Below are positions 9,288 through 17,352 of a stretch of 64,000 nt of DNA, in pieces. Source of the DNA: a bacterium (lineage in GTDB: Bacteria; Krumholzibacteriota; Krumholzibacteriia; G020349025); the NCBI GenBank assembly GCA_031362565.1, contig JANLSU010000039.1:163229-227228 (forward strand). Direction: 5' to 3'. The position numbers were made by a program, and so were the translations under genes. Under the pieces are notes generated by a model that was not told the DNA's origin, ran no database searches, and saw only the letters and a list, made by a program, of their open reading frames with translations. How positions within the stretch are numbered: position 1 is the first letter of the stretch; the number at the start of each line of letters is the position of its first letter.

Positions 9288-10814
9288 TCACAGATCGAGA
9301 CGCAGGCCGGTTTCGGCCCGCCACTCGCGCCGGTCCGGTCCATCCTGCAAGCCGATGCCGGCATCGAACTCGATGTGCCGGCCGTACCGCAGGCTGCCAC
9401 CTGCTGCGTAGTCGTTGCTGCGCCGCACGTCGCCGCTCGGAAACGCCAACCGAAACGCCGTGCCGGGTTGCCACGTGGTGAGATCGCGATTGCCGTCGCC
9501 GCGCCGTTCGCGCGCCCATCGCAGCCACAGCTTGCGGCGCGCATCGGGGGTCCATTCGGCACCCGCGGTCCAGCGATCGGCGTCCGGACCGAGTGCGGTG
9601 CCCAAGAACGGATCGCCACCCGCCGGGTCACCGTTCCCGGCCATGTAGTACGCCGTCGCCAAACGATGCGTGAACGTCCAACGTGAGACGCGTGCATACG
9701 TCAAGCGCAGGTCGAGCGCGCCACCGCCGGCTTGGACGGCATGGGTCGCACCGGCGCGCCAGCCGATCTTCTGCGGCGCCGGGTCGCCGTCGTAGATGAA
9801 GTCGTCGACGAGAAGTTCAGCGTCGAACACCGCCCACGGCGAACCCACTTTGATGTCGCCGCCCAGCAGCACATTGTCGTCGGCGCGCTCGTTGAACTGA
9901 TTGCCGTAGTAGAACGAGATCGGGAACAGATAGGTGGGATCGAAGTGCGGGCTTTGGAAAACCGCCGCTTCCTGCACCCCGACGGCCACCGGCCCCATTG
10001 TGATGTCGAGCCGGTGCGCGGCGTAGTAGCGATTGCGGCTCGAGGCCAGCATCGCTGCCACACTCGACAGCTCGAACCGTCCGAGATGCAGGCGCAGCGT
10101 CAGCGCGTCGAGCGACAAACCGGCATCGCTCACCAACATCTCCTCGCCGCGCCGGGCGCCCCACGCGACATAGTCGCGGCCGAACGACGCCCGCAACGGG
10201 CCTTGTTCGAGCGCCACGTACGAACGATCGTTGTCCGACGTCAGGCCGTGCCAGTTGCGTTCGCGGGACGAGATCCGATTCTCGCCGACGCGCCGGCCCG
10301 TTTCGTTTTCGACCGCCACCGCGTATCGCGTCTCGTAGACGAAGTTGTCGCCGTAGCGCACCGTGGTTTCGAAGCGCCCGAACCCGCGCCCTTGGCGCGG
10401 ATCGCCGGCGCCACGGAACGCCTGTCCGACGGCATGCAGATCCGCGTCCGCCGCTGCCCGCCACGCACCGTCGCCGATCGTGCCCACCGGCGGATCGTCG
10501 CGTTCCGCCCAGAGACTGTCGCCGGTGACAAATTCGGTTTCGAGGCGCGTCAAACGCCGGCGCTCGGCGGCACCGAACGGCGCCGCGCAATCGTCGAGCG
10601 CCAGAACCCACTTGCGTACTTGGGTGCGCGTGTAGGGGCGCGCCGCCGGCAAATGCAGCAGCCCACGGGCTTCGAAATGCTCGAGTTCGGAATAGGCCCA
10701 GTGGCCGGGCGGCAAGCCTTCCGGACTTGCGGTCGCAAGGCGCGGCAAAACGATGAGAAGGAATGCAACGAGAGCGACCGCGGCCGATTCAGCCGCCGTG
10801 CGCCGCCGCGGCAA
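9288..10814 (-). CDS. Capsule-assembly Wzi-family outer-membrane protein
   Basis: Signal peptide; WAYSELEHFEARGLL..RPYTR; GRDYVAWG..LVSD; AAHRL; GTALGPDAD; C-terminal beta-strand pattern. TTG start inferred. Confidence 0.65.
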   Translation of the reverse strand: MPRRRTAAESAAVALVAFLLIVLPRLATASPEGLPPGHWAYSELEHFEARGLLHLPAARPYTRTQVRKWVLALDDCAAPFGAAERRRLTRLETEFVTGDSLWAERDDPPVGTIGDGAWRAAADADLHAVGQAFRGAGDPRQGRGFGRFETTVRYGDNFVYETRYAVAVENETGRRVGENRISSRERNWHGLTSDNDRSYVALEQGPLRASFGRDYVAWGARRGEEMLVSDAGLSLDALTLRLHLGRFELSSVAAMLASSRNRYYAAHRLDITMGPVAVGVQEAAVFQSPHFDPTYLFPISFYYGNQFNERADDNVLLGGDIKVGSPWAVFDAELLVDDFIYDGDPAPQKIGWRAGATHAVQAGGGALDLRLTYARVSRWTFTHRLATAYYMAGNGDPAGGDPFLGTALGPDADRWTAGAEWTPDARRKLWLRWARERRGDGNRDLTTWQPGTAFRLAFPSGDVRRSNDYAAGGSLRYGRHIEFDAGIGLQDGPDRREWRAETGLRLDL

Positions 10815-11595
10815 AAGTCGTGAGGTGAGCGTTGAAGAGTTCTCCGAGCCGCGGGTCGGCGCGATGTTCGTGCACCCAATCGAGCAACGCACTGCCCACC
10901 ACCACCCCATCCGCATAGGTGCAAACCTCGCGCACGTGTTCCGGCGTCGAGATCCCAAATCCCACGACCACCGGCCGCGCCGTCACGGCGCGCACCCGTT
11001 CGACCGTCGAGCGTGCCGCGGCAGCAACCGCACTTCGCGCCCCGGTCGTACCGGCGAGTGCGACGCAGTACACGAAGCCGGTCGCGGCGGCCGCGATGCG
11101 CGCGATCCGTTCCGGTGCGGTCGTCGGCGCCACCAGCTGGACCATCGCGAGCCCTGCCGCAGCTGCCATGGCCGCCATTTCCAAACCCTCGTCGGCGGGT
11201 AGATCGGTCAGGAGCAGCGCCGCGACTCCCGCCGCGCGCGCCCGCCGCATGAACGGTTCGACTCCGTACGCCAGCACCGGGTTCAGATAGGTCATCAGAA
11301 CCACCGGCGGATGCTCACGTTCGGCCCCGAGCAGGTCGAACAGCACATCGGAGTGCATGCCCTGGGCCAGGGCGATCTCGGAAGCCCGGCAAACGGTTGG
11401 ACCGTCGGCGACGGGGTCCGAAAACGGCAAGCCGATCTCGATGCAGTCGGATGGACTGCAAGCCCGCAAAAGAGTTTGGAAACGCGCCGCGTCGGGATAT
11501 CCCGCCGTCAGGAACGGAATGAATGCCTTCGCGCCTCGGGCGTGAAGCGCATCGAAGCGCTCGATGAGGGGATTCATGGATGCCTCAGTCTTCAC
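10789..11595 (-). CDS. trpA: Tryptophan synthase alpha subunit
   Basis: PFLTAGYP, IEIGLPFSDPVADGP, MTYLNP, DLP, LVAPTT, GTTG, VGFGIS, ADGVVVGSAL. Confidence 0.93.
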   Translation of the reverse strand: MKTEASMNPLIERFDALHARGAKAFIPFLTAGYPDAARFQTLLRACSPSDCIEIGLPFSDPVADGPTVCRASEIALAQGMHSDVLFDLLGAEREHPPVVLMTYLNPVLAYGVEPFMRRARAAGVAALLLTDLPADEGLEMAAMAAAAGLAMVQLVAPTTAPERIARIAAAATGFVYCVALAGTTGARSAVAAAARSTVERVRAVTARPVVVGFGISTPEHVREVCTYADGVVVGSALLDWVHEHRADPRLGELFNAHLTTFAAAAHGG

Positions 11596-12751
11596 GCCAC
11601 GGCTGCGCGCCGGCGCGACGGGCCGGCCGCTCGGAACTCAGGTCGGCACGCCGGTATGCCGCCGTCGCCCGTTCCCGATCCCCGAGTTTATCCCAGCAGA
11701 TGCCCAGCAGGTGATGGGCGCGCGTATGTTCCGGCCGGCGCGCCACCAAATCCTCGAGCACCTGCACGGCGCGCCGCGGGACGTCCATGGCGTTGTAGCA
11801 CGAGCCGAGGGCATAGAGGAGGCGCGGCGCCGGTGGCGCCCGGCGGACGAGCGGTTCCAAACAGCGCACGGCGCGCTCGTGCTGGCCTTTGCGCAACAGG
11901 CACAGTCCGGTGAAGTACAACGCATCGGCGTGGTCCGGCAAGAGTGCCAGCACCTGGCGGAACTCGGCGAGCGCCGCATCGTGACGGCCGAGCTGCACGT
12001 ACACGGCGCCCAGGTTGTAGCGGCCTTCGACACTGTCCGGCACGCGGCCGAGCCCGGCCTCGAAGCACATGACCGCGTCATTCCAACGGCCCGCATCGGC
12101 GTGCATCGCGCCGCAATTGAACTGGATGTCGGCCACGTCCGGCGCGAGACGTGCGGCACGTTCGAGTTCGCGTTCGGCGGCCTCCCGGTCACCCTTGCGG
12201 TCGAGCACCAGGCCGAGTTGGGCATGCGCCCGGGCGTCGCCCGCGTCGAGCGTCACGGCGCGCCGCAACGCCGCTTCGGCAGCGTCGGTCTCGTCACAGC
12301 GCTCGAGCAACACGGCAAGCCGCACCGGCGGCGTGCGGGCCTCGGCGCCGGCGGCGCGCGCTGCCGCCAAGTGGGTCCGGGCGGCTGCGGCATCGCCATT
12401 CACAGCGCAAAGAATCCCCAGTTCGACGCGCGGGTTCGGATCCTCCGGCTCGAGCAGGAGCCAGCGCATGAAACAGCGTTCGGCGAGCGTCACGGCGCCG
12501 AGCTGGCGCAAGAGCGCTCCGACCCAGGCGAGATTTTCATCGCCGGTACGCTCCCAGAACGCGATCGCCGCCCGCACCGCGCGCGGCCGTTCGCCGCGGC
12601 GCACGAATGCGTCGCACAGCGCCTCGAGCATGCCGGCGTCGCCCGGGTGTGCACGGGCTGCGGCGCGCAGGGCGCGGATCTCTGGATCGATTGCAATTGG
12701 AACGCGATACGGCCAGGAGGTCCAGGATCGCTCGAAACGCGCCGCGGGCAT
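11585..12751 (-). CDS. Tetratricopeptide-repeat protein
   Basis: About 8 TPR units (e.g. AHAQLGLVL, GRYNLGAVY, ALYFTGLCL, AHHLLGICW); start trimmed to ATG 12751 after GGAG. Confidence 0.8.
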   Translation of the reverse strand: MPAARFERSWTSWPYRVPIAIDPEIRALRAAARAHPGDAGMLEALCDAFVRRGERPRAVRAAIAFWERTGDENLAWVGALLRQLGAVTLAERCFMRWLLLEPEDPNPRVELGILCAVNGDAAAARTHLAAARAAGAEARTPPVRLAVLLERCDETDAAEAALRRAVTLDAGDARAHAQLGLVLDRKGDREAAERELERAARLAPDVADIQFNCGAMHADAGRWNDAVMCFEAGLGRVPDSVEGRYNLGAVYVQLGRHDAALAEFRQVLALLPDHADALYFTGLCLLRKGQHERAVRCLEPLVRRAPPAPRLLYALGSCYNAMDVPRRAVQVLEDLVARRPEHTRAHHLLGICWDKLGDRERATAAYRRADLSSERPARRAGAQPWRED

Positions 12752-12827
12752 ACTCGTCTCCGTTCGACCGCGCACGGGCGCTGCGAGCGCCGGGCGGGCC
12801 GCCGTGCGGCTCGGCTCGCGGATCCGC

Positions 12828-13193
12828 CTACGCGACCGGGCGTGCGGTCAGCACCTCGCGCACCTTTGTCTTGAGCTCGGCAGTGTCGCCGCTCTTGACC
12901 AAGTACGCGTCCGCCAACCAGGACGAGAAATCGTCCTTGTAGGTCGAGTAGCCGGAGTTGAGGATCACCGAGATCGACGGCCGGATCTCCATCATGTGGC
13001 GCAGAAAATCGAGACCGTTTTCCTGCTCCAGCTTGATGTCGAGAATCACGAGATCCGGAGCCAAGTTCCGCAGAATGCTTAGGGCTTCGGCCCCACTCCC
13101 CGCCGTCGTCACCTCGTAGCCCTCGTCCTCGAGCTCGCTCTTATACAACTTCCGGATGTTGACCTCGTCGTCAACCACCAGAACTCGCGACAT
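12828..13193 (-). CDS. Single-domain response regulator (receiver)
   Basis: VLVVDDE, PDLVILDI (phospho-Asp), NSGY, AYLVK. Confidence 0.92.
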   Translation of the reverse strand: MSRVLVVDDEVNIRKLYKSELEDEGYEVTTAGSGAEALSILRNLAPDLVILDIKLEQENGLDFLRHMMEIRPSISVILNSGYSTYKDDFSSWLADAYLVKSGDTAELKTKVREVLTARPVA

Positions 13194-13212
13194 TGCGGAC
13201 TCCTTTGCGAGC

Positions 13213-13242
13213 AGACTAGACCGAAGCCAAAACGGGCGTCAA
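13213..13242 (-). promoter_or_regulatory. Possible sigma70 promoter for the receiver gene
   Basis: Minus strand TTGACG-N18-TAGTCT, about 20 nt before the ATG. Confidence 0.4.
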
Positions 13243-13261
13243 CTCGAGATCACACTTTTTT

Positions 13262-14482
13262 TCAGGGTTCGACGCGGATGTCGAGCACGATCCGAATCGT
13301 GCCGCCGGGCCGGAGTTCGGACCGCGGCACGCTGATCGTGACTTGCTGGGTGCGCGTCGGCGCGGGTCCCGTGACACCGCGGCCGCCCGCTGCGAGCCCC
13401 GGCTCCGCCTTGCGGAGCGGGTCCTTGATGAATCCCGTCTGCAGCACGGGTTCGCTGTCGGTTTCGGCGTCGGCGCCGAGGTCGATCACGTGCCCATAGG
13501 TCGCGTAGTCACCGGCAACGCCAGGGGCCAACTCGGGGTCCGCCACCGACTCGAATTGCGGCCCGGCGGAAACCGGTTCGAAATTCGGCGCGGCAACCGG
13601 CGCCGCTGCCACTTGCGGGACGGTCCGAACGGGCGGCGGCGCGGTCGCAACCGGGGCACCAGCGCCGGCGCTAGCCGGAAACCCGGCTGGTTCGAGCGGC
13701 GGGGCACGTCGTATGGGTGGTTCCGTTGCACTGCGCAAAGGCGCCGCGCTCGGTACGGGGCGCGGTGCCGGTGCCGGTGCCGCTGGACGGGGCGCCGTCG
13801 GCGCCACCGAACGGGCGGCCGGCGGGTTTGCAACCGCCACCGCGGCCGGCGCCTGCGGCGCCGCAGCTCCCGCCGCCGGGCGGCCGGCGCCGGGACGCAA
13901 GTCGTTCATGAGCCGTTGGAAGAGCAGGCGCGAGACCGCGTGCAAGGTCTCGTAAACACCCTGGCCGCTCGCGGCCGCGGCTTCGAAGCGCGGCACCGCG
14001 TGCGGGTTGAGTCCCGCGTCCAGTTCTTCGAGCGAGTAGACCTGCGGCAGGTCCCGCTTGTTGTATTGCAGCACGAACGGCAGCGTGTCGAGCGACAGGC
14101 CCTGCTCGCGCAGGTTTTCGTCGAGGTTGTGCAGCGACTCGCGGTTGTCGTCCATCTTGCCGAGACCGCTGTCGGCCACGAACACCACCGCGTCAGCGCC
14201 CTTCAGAACCAGCTTGCGGGTGGCGTTGTAGAACACCTGCCCCGGCACGGTGTAGAGCAGGAAGCGGGTCCGGAACCCATGCACTTCTCCGAGTTCCAAC
14301 GGCAGGAAGTCGAAGAAGAGGGTGCGGTCCTGGCGAGTCTTCATCGACACCATCTTGCCGCGCGACTGCTGCGGCACACTGGCGTAGATGCACTCGAGGT
14401 TGGTGGTTTTCCCCGACAGCCCCGGGCCGTAATAGACGATCTTGGCGTTGATCTCTCGCCCGGCGTAGTTGATGAGCACCAT
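13262..14482 (-). CDS. mglA: MglA-family small GTPase with a ~200-aa Pro/Ala-rich C-terminal extension
   Basis: INAKIVYYGPGLSGKTTNL, DRTLFFDFLP, YTVPGQVFYNATRKLVLKGAD, YNKRDL. Confidence 0.88.
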   Translation of the reverse strand: MVLINYAGREINAKIVYYGPGLSGKTTNLECIYASVPQQSRGKMVSMKTRQDRTLFFDFLPLELGEVHGFRTRFLLYTVPGQVFYNATRKLVLKGADAVVFVADSGLGKMDDNRESLHNLDENLREQGLSLDTLPFVLQYNKRDLPQVYSLEELDAGLNPHAVPRFEAAAASGQGVYETLHAVSRLLFQRLMNDLRPGAGRPAAGAAAPQAPAAVAVANPPAARSVAPTAPRPAAPAPAPRPVPSAAPLRSATEPPIRRAPPLEPAGFPASAGAGAPVATAPPPVRTVPQVAAAPVAAPNFEPVSAGPQFESVADPELAPGVAGDYATYGHVIDLGADAETDSEPVLQTGFIKDPLRKAEPGLAAGGRGVTGPAPTRTQQVTISVPRSELRPGGTIRIVLDIRVEP

Positions 14483-14865
14483 GCCTCCACGGCTCCAAGA
14501 TCGATCCGGTGCGCGGCGCGTTCGGACTCGAGACAGGATTCAGCAAGGCTCGTTCCAGCGAAGGAGTCTGCATCGCCTGGACACTGCAGGTTGCAGCGCG
14601 CGCGGAACGGAAACCGACCGCATTCTCGATGTGCCTCGCGCGCCGTGCACGCCGCAGCGCGGCATTGCGGGGCACGGCGCGGCAGCAGGCGGGGCGGACG
14701 GCGCGTTTCCCCGCCGTCCGGACCCCCCGAGTTGCGCCAGAACCGGCAGCGCGGCGTGTGGCAAGCGTCCAAACCCTCTGGACAGAAGTGCACCGGTGGT
14801 GCAATGCGTCCGTCCGAGACGGTCCAAGGTGGTCCGAACCACGCCACCGACCTCACGCTGTGCGC

Positions 14866-14880
14866 TGGCACCGCTCTTGT
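14866..14880 (+). promoter_or_regulatory. Possible sigma54 -24/-12 promoter
   Basis: TGGCAC-CGCTC-TTGT versus consensus TGGCAC-N5-TTGC, about 140 nt upstream of the ORF at 15022. Confidence 0.45.
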
Positions 14881-15021
14881 TTGTGTCCTTCGCAAGGGCG
14901 TCGATCCACACGGTGGCGCCCCTGGTCTCGCGGTGTTGTGGACGCTTCGCGTTCAAGGCCCGCGATGGCGTTCGGCGGCGCGCACCACGCGCGGCGCGGG
15001 CTTCGTTCGGCGGAGGCTTCA

Positions 15022-15462
15022 ATGTCCGCGACCTCGAAGATTCTCAACGAGATGTTTGGACGCTTGCTGGGCATCCAGGTCGGGCCGCATGTCACGGACA
15101 AGCTGTCGCCGGTCATCGACGGCGTCATCGAGAAGGTGCACGGCAACATCGACTTGGACACGGTTCAGGGCCAGAACACCTTTCGGGCGCTGATCTGTAG
15201 CATGGTCGTGCACGGCTGGGGCCTCGGGATGCACCCCGACAACAACCCCGTCGCCGACGCCGACGGCAAGCCGATCGAAGTCAAAGTTTGCAAAGATATT
15301 CTGGTGCCGATGGACTCGCTGAAGGCGATTCGTTACTTGAAGAAAGATTCGTATGGGCGGGTCAAAAAAGCGCTCTTCGAACCGGACCAGAACGCCCGAA
15401 TTCGCGGCCAAATCGATACGATCCTCGGCGAAATCGCCACCGAAAAATGGACCGACGAATGA
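15022..15462 (+). CDS. Hypothetical cytoplasmic protein, no family recognised
   Basis: GGAGG RBS, ATG 15022; globular, non-shadow composition (MSATSKILNEMFGRLL..EKWTDE). Confidence 0.75.
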   Translation: MSATSKILNEMFGRLLGIQVGPHVTDKLSPVIDGVIEKVHGNIDLDTVQGQNTFRALICSMVVHGWGLGMHPDNNPVADADGKPIEVKVCKDILVPMDSLKAIRYLKKDSYGRVKKALFEPDQNARIRGQIDTILGEIATEKWTDE

Positions 15463-15552
15463 GTCCGCCGGCGCCGCGCCCGGCGCGGTGCCGCACCGCC
15501 AATCTCACCGGTCTGAATCCTAGTGTGTGCCGCGCCGCCGCCGGCGCGTCCC

Positions 15553-16389
15553 TCAGCGCAACGCGGTCGCGCGCTTGGGCTGCGGTTTGGCGCGCTTGAC
15601 CATTTCGATGCAGCGCCCTTCCTGCGAGTAGCGCACCTCGTCCATCACCGATTCGATGAGGAACAGGCCGCGCCCGCTCGGCGCCAGCAGCTTGTCGGGA
15701 TCGACCGGGTTGTGCTCGGGATCACGCTCGAATCCCTGGCCTTCATCCCGCACCTTGAGCCGCAACGACTCCGCGTCGATCTGCCCTTCCACTTCGACTC
15801 GTTTCTTGAGATCACGGCGATTGCCGTGCTTGATCGCGTTGCTGATGGCCTCGTCGAGCGCCAGCGGCACGTGGGTCGTATAATCGGCAGTCGAAAAACC
15901 GAACTCCAGCGCCAAGAGTGCGATCACGTGCACGATACCGGGGATGAATTGCGGATCACTCGGGAAGGTGTAGCGAAACATCGTCTTGCCGTGGGCCGCG
16001 AGCGCCGGAGAACGGCGGAAGACGTTGCTGAGCGCCGGTTCGCCGGCGAACTCGGCTTCGAGATCCAAGGCCGGAAACGGCGGCCGGATGACGCCGACGG
16101 CACCGAGCAACACCCACCGGCGCCACGTCTCGTCGTCGCACACCCGCGCGGCAATCAACAGTTGCGTCTGCCGGGCGCGCTCGCACACCGCCCGCCACCA
16201 AGCGGCGTCGAGAGACGCCGCATCATCGACGGCGATCACGACGCGCAGGAACGTCGCGCCGGCTGCCGCCTCGAACAGCGCTGCAGGCGATGCAACCGGC
16301 CGCAACACACTGCGTCCATCTCCCAGCGCGACGCCGAGTTCGCGGCCCAAGTCCGCATCGACGGCGAGGAAGTACGCTTCGAATGGCAT
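15553..16389 (-). CDS. RsbW-like anti-sigma/Ser kinase (HATPase_c_2) with a degenerate N-terminal receiver
   Basis: LALDEAISNAIKHGN, VRDEGQGF, SGRGLFLIESVMDEV; N-terminus ends in receiver-like GAVGVIRPPF. Confidence 0.85.
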   Translation of the reverse strand: MPFEAYFLAVDADLGRELGVALGDGRSVLRPVASPAALFEAAAGATFLRVVIAVDDAASLDAAWWRAVCERARQTQLLIAARVCDDETWRRWVLLGAVGVIRPPFPALDLEAEFAGEPALSNVFRRSPALAAHGKTMFRYTFPSDPQFIPGIVHVIALLALEFGFSTADYTTHVPLALDEAISNAIKHGNRRDLKKRVEVEGQIDAESLRLKVRDEGQGFERDPEHNPVDPDKLLAPSGRGLFLIESVMDEVRYSQEGRCIEMVKRAKPQPKRATALR

Positions 16390-17267
16390 CAGAAGATCGC
16401 TTCGCCCCCGGCCAGAATCTCGTTGAGGGCGTCCTTGAAGTAGGGAGTGGTGGTGGCGACCTCGGATCCGATCTTCGTCGCGTACAGATCCCAGGCCTTA
16501 CGAATTTCCGTGGCGAGCGTTGTCGCGAGTGTCCCCTCCTGCCGGGCCCGATCGCGAGCCGCCTCATTGTAGACCAGAATGTCCGACACGAGGACGCGCG
16601 CAAGTCGCCGGGCGCGATCGTGCGCCGCTCCTGACGGCGGGGCCGGAGCGGGTGGCGGAGGCAGGCTTGGGGCCGCGACGCTCGGCCGGAACGACGGGGC
16701 CGGCCCGGACCAGGCGGGTGGCGCCGGTGCAGGCCGGGGGGCAGCGGCAGCAACGCGCGGCAGGCGCGGTGCTGCCGGCTGAAATGGTGTTGGAGCGGGC
16801 CCGGGCGGCGCCGGTTCTAGGCGGCGCGGCGGTTCGACGCGCGCGGGAGGCGGCGCAACGTCGGTTGGCGGCGCCGTGGGCGGTGGCGCCATGGGTGTGG
16901 CGCCGGGACGGAACGGCGCCGTTTCCAGGCGCGGTGCGGGGCCCTTCGGGGCCTGACCCCCGAGATCGAGCGTGCGCTCACCCTCCGCCGTCCAAGCCGG
17001 GCGCGACGGCGCGGCGGCGGGCGCGGATGCGGGCGCTGGATTCTTTGCTAATGGTGTGGGGGCGCGGCCGATCGGTGGCCGCCACGCCTCGCGCTCGATG
17101 CCGAGTGCGTCGGCAGACGGTGCAGCCGGCGGCGGCGCGCCGGACGCGTTGGCGGTGACGCGAAAGACCTGCGCACAGCGCGGGCAGCGCACCCGCACCG
17201 CATGAGCCGGAACACGTGCGGGGTCGAGTCGATACCCGGACTGACAGTGCGGACAGCGCACCACCAC
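16389..17267 (-). CDS. MJ0042-type zinc-ribbon protein with a Pro-rich linker and helical C-terminal domain
   Basis: CPHC..RVRCPRC; C-terminal ARRLARVLVSDILVYN..YFKDALNEILAGG; TGATG overlap with the next gene. Confidence 0.82.
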   Translation of the reverse strand: MVVRCPHCQSGYRLDPARVPAHAVRVRCPRCAQVFRVTANASGAPPPAAPSADALGIEREAWRPPIGRAPTPLAKNPAPASAPAAAPSRPAWTAEGERTLDLGGQAPKGPAPRLETAPFRPGATPMAPPPTAPPTDVAPPPARVEPPRRLEPAPPGPAPTPFQPAAPRLPRVAAAAPRPAPAPPAWSGPAPSFRPSVAAPSLPPPPAPAPPSGAAHDRARRLARVLVSDILVYNEAARDRARQEGTLATTLATEIRKAWDLYATKIGSEVATTTPYFKDALNEILAGGEAIF

Positions 17268-17352
17268 GCGGTCTCCTCCGGATCATTGCACCACGGCGTT
17301 CCCGTACGCGGGGCTCGCGGGCCAGAGTCGCAACGATCGCGCCAAACGGCAA

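Noticed and set aside
10789..11595. TIM-barrel gene near the DGGGPS-like gene as a possible GGGP synthase
   Set aside because: Motifs are unambiguously TrpA (PFSDPVADGP, LVAPTT, GTTG).
14789..14803. TGCACC..GGTGCA as a canonical NtrC box
   Set aside because: Two bases shorter than the 17-bp NtrC consensus; kept only as an unassigned palindrome.
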